From: Nemertoderma westbladi
Lineage: Eukaryota; Animalia; Xenacoelomorpha
Assembly (NCBI GenBank): GCA_032718475.1
Contig: JAUCBJ010007484.1
Location: 124,001-188,000, forward strand
Direction of reading: 5' to 3'
DNA: 64,000 nucleotides
Shown piece by piece: positions 36,378 through 45,679 of the stretch. A model generated the notes under the pieces. It worked only from the letters and a program-made list of their open reading frames with translations, was not told the origin of the DNA and ran no database searches. The translations under genes and the position numbers were made by a program. Position 1 is the stretch's first letter. Every line of letters begins with the position of its first letter.

Positions 36378-37847
36378 TCAACAGGATGGTAAGGGTTTAA
36401 ACGGTTTGTTATTGTCACCAATGTCCACAGCAGGATCCGGAGTAGGGAACTTATCACCTCTCGTGGAGTCACCACTGTAATTGCCTTCGAGAAGGCAAAG
36501 CCTCTGGATAGGGCGTTGGTAGTGGCCCTTTGCCGTTCGTATCATCACCGTTCTCGCAAGTCCATCCTTGCCAGGGGTTATCTCCACGACACGCGCCACA
36601 GGCCAGTGGACGCAGTCTTTACGGTCTTCCTTGACGAGTACCATGTCGCCAACTGCGACATTCCGGTACATATCATTCCATTTCCTCCTCGTTCAAAGAA
36701 TTATAAGGTACTCCTGGGACCAAATTATCCACCAATGCGCCACCAGCGCTTGGGCTTTCTTCCAGTTTGTGTGTTTCGCGATGTTGTTGGGATCCGGGAA
36801 CATGGCCTCTGGAAGTATGTTGGTCTTGGGTCTACCGAGGAGATGGTTGGGTGTTAGGGGTTCCAGATTGGTTGGGTCGTAATGGATGGGAACGATTGGC
36901 CGGTTGTTTAAGGTAGCCGTGATTTCGCAGAATGTGGTGCGCAATGTATCATGAGTGACCCGGGTATCCCCTAACATGATCCGCATGGATCGTTTAACTA
37001 AATCAATGAGTTTCTCAAATACCCCGCTCATATGGGGTGCTAAGGGTGTCTGGAAGTGCCATTGGATATGGTGTTCCTTCCAGATGTGTGATGCGGTTTC
37101 ATTAGTGAACCATCCTTCGATAGCCTCTCTGAGTTCCCTTTCTCCTCCCACAAAGTTCGTTCCATTGTCCGAGTACATGTGCCGGCATGAACCATTATTC
37201 GCTACGAACCGACGCAGGGCGTTGATGAATGCGTGCTGCATGAGGTTCACCACAAGGTCCAGGTAGATCGCCCTCGACTGTAGGCATGTAAAGATGGCTC
37301 CCCAACATTTAATGTTGGATCGTCGCTCTATAACTGTAAATGGTCCGAAGCAGTCTACGCCAGTTAAGTAGAACGTCGACGAGTCGGACTGGAGTCGCGT
37401 GGCTGGCAGATCGGCCATTCTTTGGGTGAGTGGTGGTGATAGATATCTCCTACAAGGAAAACACTGTTTCAATACTTTCCGAATTAGCGGCTGGATGTGG
37501 GTGATCCAGTATCGTTGACGGATATTGGCTATGATCCAGTTTTGGCCCGCGTGATGGTTTTCCTTGTGACATTGTTGAACTAACAGCTTAGCTAGTGTAG
37601 ACGTCCGTGGCAGAAGTGCCGGATACTTAATTTCATACTCAACTGGGGCGTTCACCATCCAGGTATTAAGGCGGATCAATCCGTCCTCTCCCATCATGGG
37701 TCTCAGCTGGTAGACCGGGCTATCAGGTTTCAAAGTCCTGCCTGCATTGAGCTGCACCCATTCGTTGGGGAAACTTTCTTTCTGGACATATCTTACAATA
37801 CATTTATCTGCGATAATGAGTTCTTGTACACTAAGCTGAACTATCGG
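36378..37847 (-). pseudogene. pol: BEL/Pao integrase (probably E1)
   Basis: CHKENHHAG..IRQRYWI..CFPC..MADLPATR..TGVDCFGP..SDNGTNFVG..APHMSGVFE..LNNRP..LTPNHLL..WPVARVV..GKDGLAR..RPIQRLCLLE. Confidence 0.93.
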
Positions 37848-38099
37848 TGTTAGCTTATCCAATTCCGCTAACACAAACCCATAGAGTGAGCCATTAAGCA
37901 ATATTGGGAGCACGAGGTTGATTACCAATATCAACCTCGTGTTACCCCAATAAAGTGGGAAGGGAAGGAGAAACACACAATGGAGGTCAGGGGCCAAACC
38001 CCTAACCCAAAGAGAACAGGTGGAGTGAACGGGAACACTCCAAAGGGCGCCAACAGGGGTATCAACCAATCAGAGGGGGGAAAGGCATCGATTAGGTAC

Positions 38100-38156
38100 A
38101 GCAATAAGGCCACCGTGCAATATAACCAGTTACCAGTAATCATACCAGTCAGTTAT
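38100..38156 (+). promoter_or_regulatory. Putative LTR promoter (TATA-like plus TCAGTT initiator)
   Basis: TATAAC at ~38121 and TCAGTT about 27 nt downstream; the E2 LTR has a TATAGC...TCAGTT counterpart. Confidence 0.4.
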
Positions 38157-38513
38157 CCCAGTATCATATTGGTGCTAGTTAGGTTAGATAGTTTAGCTAG
38201 GGAAGGACCGGGACTTTAGTTACCGTATCCCGCCTTCCGTGTACAACAACCTATATCTATATCTTATTAGACTGATCATTATATACACCGAACATCAGAA
38301 CTCATTTTACCCTTTACACACGGCGGGGACGCGTGAACTAAACATCGGATAAATCGGGATCCCTCCTGGATCCCGTAAACTAACATCGAGCTGCCGCCCT
38401 AGCTAAACTGTAAAAGTAACTAAAACCAACTGCTGCCCTAGCTAGTAACTAAATCCGTGCTGCTGCCCTGGATAAACTCAATAACCACCAGCCACCAATC
38501 ACTAAAGACGAAG

Positions 38514-40412
38514 ATGAGTCGAGAGAGAGGAACGACACCGCCGCGGACCCCGGACGACGATCTAACGATCCGCGAGGCCACGGCGAGACGATACGAACCC
38601 ACGACGCCGGTCGATGCTACGTCGACCACGTCGACGCCGGTTGACGCCACGTCGATAACGAGCAACCCGGCGAACCAAGATGTGGGGGGTCGTCTACAGC
38701 GAGAGAGCGAGTCGAGTAGAGGAGAGAGCGAGACGGGGGAGGAGGAAGACGAGTCGACGCGGAGCGAGGGTCGACGTAGCGATGTCGCCGGTCAGCCACA
38801 GACCGAGGGCGACGGACGGCCCACCGGAACGGCGACGGTGGGGCCGCCGGTACGACGCCGGACCCGGAGAGATGGAGGAGAGGTCGGCGACGAGGATGTC
38901 GGGGTTTCTGATCGACTTCGACGAGCCTACGCCGCGACCCGGGAACAACTGAAGGAAGCTAGAGGAGGGGCTGAGATAGACCAGGTGAAGTTGAGGAGAC
39001 GACTAGGTGAGTCGAACAGATACTTTGATTACCTAGTGCGTTCTGGGCAGGGAGAACTAGCCGAGCGAGAGAGCGAGAGGGGTTGCCTTCGAACTGTTTG
39101 GGCTATGGGAACGTAGGGGTATGGGGCCTGGTGTAGTGTACATAGGGCCATACTTAGTCGATGCCAGGGAAGTTAAGTTAGTGGGTTGGGCGGGACCGCA
39201 CGAGGGCGAATCCGAGGTTAGCTCCGAGGATTCGGTCTCGTCGGTCAGCGAGGACCCCGGAAAGCGGGGGAAAGTTGGTAGGACGGAGGGGCGGCGGGAG
39301 ACCGTCGCAACCGATAAGTCTGCTACATCCTCCGCAAAAGAAAGAAGGGTGCAGGAGATAAATCTGGCTGCATATAAATTAAAAATTGAAGAATTAGAGT
39401 GGCGACTGAGGGGAAGGAAGGAGCGAGAGAGTGAACGCGAAGAGCGTGAGGCAAGAGAACAGAGCGTGCGGTACACGTACAGTACGCATAGTAGCCGTAC
39501 GGGCGGGGGGGGGGGGGGGGGGGGGTAGTAGTAGTACGTTAGGAAATGTTGGTATTAATAGTACCGTAGTAAATAACCCTAATCCCTTTATTACAGGAAA
39601 TATTTTACCCAGTAATAGTAATTTAAGTTTAAATTCAGATAATAATATTAATTCAAATATTCAGAATAATTCAAATAATTCGAATAATAATTTAAATTTT
39701 GAAAATAATAATAATTCTAATTTAAATAATTTAAATAATAATCCCGTCTCAAATTCTAATAATTTAATTGATTTAACAAATAATATTGGGAATGGTGCTA
39801 TTAATGTGAACGCGTCAGACGTGTATAGCCCGGCAGACGGCGTCCTGGTAGGCCACGTAGTTAGTAGGCAGGAAGTGGCAGGGTTGAGCCAACCCGACCG
39901 CGGCCTGGTAGGCCACGTAGTTGGTAGGCAGGAAGTGGCGCGGTTGAGCCAACCCGAGGTGGGCCTGGTAGGCCACGCAGTAGTAGAGAGAGAGGCGGGG
40001 GTGAATAGACCCAGCCGTAGTAGAGACAGTGTGTCGACTAGAGAGGGGTGTAGAGACGAAGTAAGAGATATTGAAGTTAGATGTGGCGGGTGGGGGGGGG
40101 GCTACGGGCGCCCCACCACATGAGATTAGCGGCGAGAGAGGGGGGGCAGAGAATGCCCCACAAGAGGGGTGTAGAAGTGTAGTAAGAGGTAGTGAAGTTA
40201 GAAGTGGCGGGTGGGGGGGGGGCTACGGGCGCCCCACCACATGAGATTAGCGGCGAGAGAGGGGGGGCAGAGAATGCCCCACAAGAGGGGTGTAGAAGTG
40301 TAGTAAGAGATAGCGAAGTTAGAAGTAGCGGGTGGGGGGGGGGCTACGGGCACCCTACCGCGAGAGATTAGTAGCGAGAGAGGGGGGGCAGGGAGTGTCC
40401 CACAGGCGTCGG
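38514..40412 (+). pseudogene. gag: E3 gag N-terminal part, interrupted by E4
   Basis: MSRERGTTPPRTPDDD... homologous to E2 MSQLRETTPTRTPDEE; VVYIGPYLVDAR; Asn-rich tract; ~121-bp triplication at ~40045-40405. Confidence 0.85.
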
Positions 40413-40667
40413 TATAATGTTGAGGTAATTATCAATAATTATCAAATATAAAATACAATTTATTATAACAATAAACTTTAATATTTATTAGAACTTATCT
40501 ATTAGTTATTCTTACTGCATACTGTTTACAAATATATAAATCAAATTATTAACTCTAAGGATCTCACTAGCAGATCAATCAAAATCTTTTTTTCTTCAGT
40601 ACCGGTAGTTGTTATTATATAATCAATAATAAAAAGTCTTTTTACTAATCAAACAAAATACAGTACA

Positions 40668-43600
40668 CTATACCACCCCCCGTATAAGATGTGGAGCATC
40701 AGTTATTTTAAAATAGCATCTTGATTTTTCTTTATTAAAAGTAACAGTCTTTTTGGGTTTTTTTATATCACGTTTACTGTTTGTTAAAAAATGTTGAGCT
40801 AAATTAACAGCGTTGTCTAGCAAACGTGTACGAATTTTGAAATAATTACAATCGAATTTGGAAATTTGTAACTTGTTTACAAAATCAGTTCTATTGGTAG
40901 CAAAATATCTAACAGGTAAGGCGTTAGCTGGACAAATATTTCCGTATATTTTTGTATTCTCGGGTAATATTAATCCAGGCCAGGGTGGATAGTTTTTACT
41001 TTTTCCTATTATGACGTCATCAGTTCGTACATCGGAATTTCCATTAGATCTTTTGGATAGAATTGAAGTAGGTTTAGCTTTATCTTGTTCTCCTCGATTA
41101 GTTAGTAGTTTTTGTTTTACCTGAGTAATTCCAGTTGTGATTTCTTTTCTCTGTGATTCATTTATGACGAATGCAGGTTTTGTACGATCGATAGAAATTT
41201 TCTCATGGTATTTTTTCTTTAACACAGTGATAGTTTTATCGTCTCTGTCCAAAACTTCAAATGGACCAGAGTAACAGTCACTTAAAGTTGATTTCTTTCT
41301 GTCGTTTCGTATCCACACGTGAGTTGCTTTATGTAGTTCCTTAGGAATATATGTTGGTGCTGTGTGTTTGCGTTCTGGAGCAGCAAATGAGTTTATTGTT
41401 TCAAACAAATTGTCCATATAATTCGGTAAATATGCTTCAGTTTCATTCTTGGAAGAAGGAATTAGGAATTGTCCAGGTAGGTCAATGGGTCCGCCATAGA
41501 CCATTTGGGATGGACTATAACCTTGGCAGTTCACTGATGCGCGCAATCCTAAAAGGATTAATGGCATTGTCTCTGACCAGCTGCGATTTGTTGAAGCATG
41601 TGCTCTTAGAGCATTTTTCAATGTGCGATGGAATCTCTCCACGGCTGAATTTGACATCGGGTGGTAAGTTGTTGTTCGTTTGCGATTGATGCCTAATTGT
41701 CTCATTAGTTCTCCCCACACAGTGGACTCAAATTGAGTTCCTCGGTCGGAAATTAATTCTCTAGGGACTCCAAAACGACTAATCCACGCAGTAATTAGGG
41801 CGTTTGCTACTGTTTCTGTATCAATTTGCTTTACAGGAACTACTTCGGGCCAGCGTGTGAAGCGGTCAATGATAGTCACCAAGTGAGTAAAATCCTTTGA
41901 GGGAGGTAATGGCCCCACTAGGTCTATGTGAATGGTATGGAATCGATCTGTTGTAGGTATTGTACCAATAGGAGATTTCGTATGTCGCACAATTTTGCAT
42001 TGCTGACACCTAAGACATTGGCGGCACCATGTTCGTATATCTTTACTCATACCTGGCCATACATGTTTCTCTGCAATGAGTTTGATTGTTGCCCGGTGCC
42101 CCAAATGTGCCAGATTATGATGTTTCTCAAATGTTGTGAAACGCATACTTGTTGGTAAATAAGGACGTAAAGTTGACTTTTCTTCATTACACCAAATGAA
42201 ATTGTCACCCACAGGTATCTTCTTCAATGGTAGCGTTGTGTTCTTAAAGAACTCTTGCAGTGAAGTATCAGAGTTTTGGGCTTCGACCAGTGACTCATCA
42301 CATGTAGTAGTTATGGTCAATAAAGATCTTGATAACGCGTCAGCTACTATGTTGGATGAACCAGCAATGTGCTTTATAGTACAATTGAACTCAGATATAA
42401 ATGAAATCCACCTTGTTTGCTGTGGTGTTGGGTTTTTCATTGTGAGCATGTCAATCAATGGTTTATGGTCCGTTTTAATCACAAAATCTGTACCGAGTAA
42501 CCACGGGAAGTGTTTAAGTGATAGGTAAATGGATAATAATTCTCGATCGAAAGTAGATTTTCTCGATTCATTGGAACTAAATTTCGCAGAAAAGAATCCT
42601 AAAGGTTGTTTGTTGTTGTCTATAATTTGATGAAGAACTGAACCAGCTGCTACATTGGAAGCATCTGTTGTAATTTCGAGTTCCAATTTAATAGTCTTTG
42701 TGTTTGGAAATGCAAGAACCACACTATCTGTAATAGCTATTTTCAGTTTATTAAAAGCTTCCGTTTCATTGTCACTCCAATTTAATGTGTTATTGCTTTT
42801 GGATTTTCGATCTCGCGTCATGTCGGTTAAAGGAGCAGCGATTCCCGAGAAATTTGGAACAAATCGGTGATAGAATCCTGCCATGCCTAGCAGGCGTTTG
42901 AGTCCTTTAATGGAGGTGGGTTTTGGGTAATTAACAATTGCCTCAACTTTCTCAGGTAGTGGTTTGATGCCTTCAGCTGAAATGTGGGCACCTACAAACT
43001 TTACACTGCTGCAAAAGAAAATACATTTTTCTTCTCGTAGTCGTAAACCAAATATATTTAAACGATGTAATATGGAGTCTAGATGTTGTAGATGTTCTAT
43101 GGGATTTTTGCTAGCAACCAATATGTCATCTAGATATACCCAAGCAAAAGCAATGTCTTGTAAAACTGTATCCATAAGACGTTGAAAAGTCTGAGAAGCA
43201 TTTCTTAGTCCATACGGCATTCTCCGAAAAATATACAAACCAAATGGGGTAATTACAGCAGCTTTATGTTGATCATCTTTTGCTATTGGTATTTGAGTGT
43301 AAGCAGATTGTAAATCTAATTTGGAAAATATTGTAGAACCATGTAGAGCACCTGGTATTTCGCTTAAATTCGGCATAGGATATCTATCCGGAATTGTCTG
43401 AGCATTTAAACCACGGTAATCACCGCAAGCGCGAAAAGGTGTTGTTTTCGAGTTTGGTTGTGGAACCATATGTAATGGTGATGCATATGGGGATTCACCA
43501 CGGTAGCATATACCTTGGGATTCCCATTTAGCAAATACCTTCTTTGCCTCATCCAAACGTTCGCCAAAAAGTCGTCTGGCTTTAAAATGGGATGGATGTC

Positions 43601-44267
43601 CAGTAGTGAGAATATTATGTTCTATATCATGTTTAATGGGTTGGAAAATATTTACGGGTTTAAATATGTCTGGGTATTTGTCCAAGAGGTCATTAACCTT
43701 ACTGTTGAACTCTTGATTTTCTACTGTTATTCTTCGAATTGTTGGTGTTAATTGGATTTCAGTTTTATTAATTTGCTTCTCATTTGACTTGCGGTTGGTT
43801 GTATCTTTGTTTTGTGTTGGATCATTGCTGGAGAATGTTATATCATTTAGAGGAATTAATCGATTGTTAGTGCAATCTACTAGAAGCTTGTGCTTTGCAA
43901 GAAAATCTGCCCCTAGTATTGGTTGAGGAATGTCTCCAATGTAAAATGTCCAGGAATAGAGTTTATTATTAACATTGGGTAAAGTAAATTGTAGTTTTTC
44001 TATACCAATGACGTTTATTTCAGTTTGGTTGGCCGCTTTTAATATAATGTTTGGAACTGGACGCATATCGGAAGTAGCATATTGTGTAGGCAGTACACTA
44101 ACTTCACTACCACTATCCGCTAAAAATTCTTTTACAAGTCCAGTTGCGGTCACATATATAGCGTTGACTCCATCACCAGCCGCTCGAGTGGTGGAGTCTA
44201 TCAGTTTCCCGGTGTCTTTCTCCCCCCAGCAATCTCTGGGTCCCACTGGCAGTTTTCTCCCATACAC
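40668..44267 (-). CDS. pol: E4 Pol: protease-RT-RNase H-integrase with C-terminal PWWP domain (expressed by -1 frameshift)
   Basis: FLADSGSEVS; YASPLHMV, DYRGLN, YLDD; TTDAS, DRELL, TDHKPL, ADALSR; HNLAHLG..CLRC, DLVGPLP, SDRGTQF, VERFHR, GPF; tail IIGKSKNYPPWPG...LPVRYFATNRTDFV. Confidence 0.96.
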   Translation of the reverse strand: MYGRKLPVGPRDCWGEKDTGKLIDSTTRAAGDGVNAIYVTATGLVKEFLADSGSEVSVLPTQYATSDMRPVPNIILKAANQTEINVIGIEKLQFTLPNVNNKLYSWTFYIGDIPQPILGADFLAKHKLLVDCTNNRLIPLNDITFSSNDPTQNKDTTNRKSNEKQINKTEIQLTPTIRRITVENQEFNSKVNDLLDKYPDIFKPVNIFQPIKHDIEHNILTTGHPSHFKARRLFGERLDEAKKVFAKWESQGICYRGESPYASPLHMVPQPNSKTTPFRACGDYRGLNAQTIPDRYPMPNLSEIPGALHGSTIFSKLDLQSAYTQIPIAKDDQHKAAVITPFGLYIFRRMPYGLRNASQTFQRLMDTVLQDIAFAWVYLDDILVASKNPIEHLQHLDSILHRLNIFGLRLREEKCIFFCSSVKFVGAHISAEGIKPLPEKVEAIVNYPKPTSIKGLKRLLGMAGFYHRFVPNFSGIAAPLTDMTRDRKSKSNNTLNWSDNETEAFNKLKIAITDSVVLAFPNTKTIKLELEITTDASNVAAGSVLHQIIDNNKQPLGFFSAKFSSNESRKSTFDRELLSIYLSLKHFPWLLGTDFVIKTDHKPLIDMLTMKNPTPQQTRWISFISEFNCTIKHIAGSSNIVADALSRSLLTITTTCDESLVEAQNSDTSLQEFFKNTTLPLKKIPVGDNFIWCNEEKSTLRPYLPTSMRFTTFEKHHNLAHLGHRATIKLIAEKHVWPGMSKDIRTWCRQCLRCQQCKIVRHTKSPIGTIPTTDRFHTIHIDLVGPLPPSKDFTHLVTIIDRFTRWPEVVPVKQIDTETVANALITAWISRFGVPRELISDRGTQFESTVWGELMRQLGINRKRTTTYHPMSNSAVERFHRTLKNALRAHASTNRSWSETMPLILLGLRASVNCQGYSPSQMVYGGPIDLPGQFLIPSSKNETEAYLPNYMDNLFETINSFAAPERKHTAPTYIPKELHKATHVWIRNDRKKSTLSDCYSGPFEVLDRDDKTITVLKKKYHEKISIDRTKPAFVINESQRKEITTGITQVKQKLLTNRGEQDKAKPTSILSKRSNGNSDVRTDDVIIGKSKNYPPWPGLILPENTKIYGNICPANALPVRYFATNRTDFVNKLQISKFDCNYFKIRTRLLDNAVNLAQHFLTNSKRDIKKPKKTVTFNKEKSRCYFKITDAPHLIRGVV
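44166..44210 (-). promoter_or_regulatory. Programmed -1 ribosomal frameshift signal
   Basis: Slippery GGGAAAC directly before the gag TGA, then a stem GACTCCA...TGGAGTC 5 nt downstream of the heptamer; pol is in the -1 frame. Confidence 0.8.
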
Positions 44268-45355
44268 TTAGTAGCATTCTTACCGAATTTCCAATGGTAC
44301 CAACAAAATTTTCCATCAGGGTTGAAGGAACGTGATTTGGAACGAGTTTGGCGGTAATCTCTTGGAGCTGATGGAGATCTCGAGGCGGAATATCTTTCTC
44401 GACTGTTCCCTGGATTACGACTCAATCCTCGTGAGCGATCGTCTTGAGTGGATAACCGGTTGATGGCATGGGTTAACTTGGTCATTTGCTGTGTGATATT
44501 ACTGCACCAGAGTTCCATGGGGTATCCATCGGCTGCAGTGGCGCCTCCAGTTGTAGTTGTGTTGTTTGGATTAGGCCTAAACGTAGAGGTGTGGTTGATT
44601 GGAACTGTAACACTGTTTACATTGACTGGGCTGGTATATATTTGTTCAACCATACGATCCGCAATTTCAGCGAGTTTTTCGGTTGAGATTCCATCAATTG
44701 ATATTAGCGCTAAACGGACAGGTTCGGGTAAAATCTCCAAAAATCGTAGTTTAACTATGTTTTCGTTATGCGGAGCTAAACGTAACAGTTGTCTCAGGGC
44801 GACGGAGGGTTTGCGGTCGCCAAGGGTTTGATCCTGGAGCAGCTTCTTTAGTCGTCGTTCCTCACTGTCGTCAAAAAATTTTATTACACTGGATTTTATA
44901 GTTTCAAAATTATCGGAAACATGTACGCCGCTGTCGAAGATTACATTTGTTGGTAGGACTCTTAGCAGACTGTTTTTCATAACTTCTTCGGATGAGTTAG
45001 AGAGGATTTGTTCGATTTGATCAAACCAGATCCTTGAATCTTTTTCGTAGAAGTTCGGTAATTTCACCGTAATTGTAGTCGGATTCGGGATTAACGATGG
45101 GTTGCCACCAACGTGGGAAGGAGGTTTAGTTAGAGTCTGTTGGACGTGATTGAAAGCTAATTGAATAACGGATGGAAGTTCGCTATTAAGAGCGTCGAGG
45201 AGGTCCTGTTTAGTGGATGGCATTCCAGCAAAGTTGGGATCGTCTTGATGGATTAATTGTAACATGGCTTCTAATATAGCCTTGGGTTGGTTGTGTAAGT
45301 CTGGCATTATGATTATACGGTACCGGTCAGCCGGTGCTGATCTTCCAATTATCAC
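44201..45355 (-). CDS. gag: E4 Gag (first ATG 45307)
   Basis: KLPNFYEKDSRIWFDQIE, LGDRKPSVALRQL, CHCC finger CWYHWKFGKNATKCMGENC typical of the CsRn1 lineage. Confidence 0.93.
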   Translation of the reverse strand: MIIGRSAPADRYRIIIMPDLHNQPKAILEAMLQLIHQDDPNFAGMPSTKQDLLDALNSELPSVIQLAFNHVQQTLTKPPSHVGGNPSLIPNPTTITVKLPNFYEKDSRIWFDQIEQILSNSSEEVMKNSLLRVLPTNVIFDSGVHVSDNFETIKSSVIKFFDDSEERRLKKLLQDQTLGDRKPSVALRQLLRLAPHNENIVKLRFLEILPEPVRLALISIDGISTEKLAEIADRMVEQIYTSPVNVNSVTVPINHTSTFRPNPNNTTTTGGATAADGYPMELWCSNITQQMTKLTHAINRLSTQDDRSRGLSRNPGNSRERYSASRSPSAPRDYRQTRSKSRSFNPDGKFCWYHWKFGKNATKCMGENCQWDPEIAGGRKTPGN

Positions 45356-45400
45356 TTCGGTACACAGTTTTGTAGTAAGTTTTTTTTTATCTCAGTAGTT

Positions 45401-45417
45401 CGACGTCTGGGTCACCA
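45401..45417 (-). promoter_or_regulatory. Primer-binding site, tRNA-Trp type
   Basis: TGGTGACCCAGACGTCG 2 nt downstream of the 5' LTR; resembles the tRNA-Trp PBS TGGTGACCCCGACG. Confidence 0.8.
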
Positions 45418-45679
45418 TATATAATGTTGAGGTAATTATCAATAATTATCAAATATAAAATACAATTTATTATAACAATAAACTTTAATATTTATTAGAA
45501 CTTATCTATTAGTTATTCTTACTGCATACTGTTTACAAATATATAAATCAAATTATTAACTCTAAGGATCTCACTAGCAGATCAATCAAAATCTTTTTTC
45601 CTTCAGTACCGGTAGTTGTTATTATATAATCAATAATAAAAAGTCTTTTTACTAATCAAACAAAATACAGTACACTATA

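Larger units (their letters stand above)
40413..45679 (-). mobile_element. Intact young Gypsy/Ty3 LTR retrotransposon E4 (CsRn1-like)
   Basis: 260-bp LTRs 40413-40672 and 45420-45679 (one substitution seen); TSD GTCGG at 40408-40412 and 45680-45684; PBS TGGTGACCCAGACG; G-rich PPT; uninterrupted gag and pol frames. Confidence 0.97.

Noticed and set aside
36693-38069. 458-aa integrase ORF with a hydrophobic N-terminus
   Set aside because: The N-terminal ~75 aa is antisense E3 LTR fused at the insertion junction (37848); the true upstream pol lies at 50954-51520.
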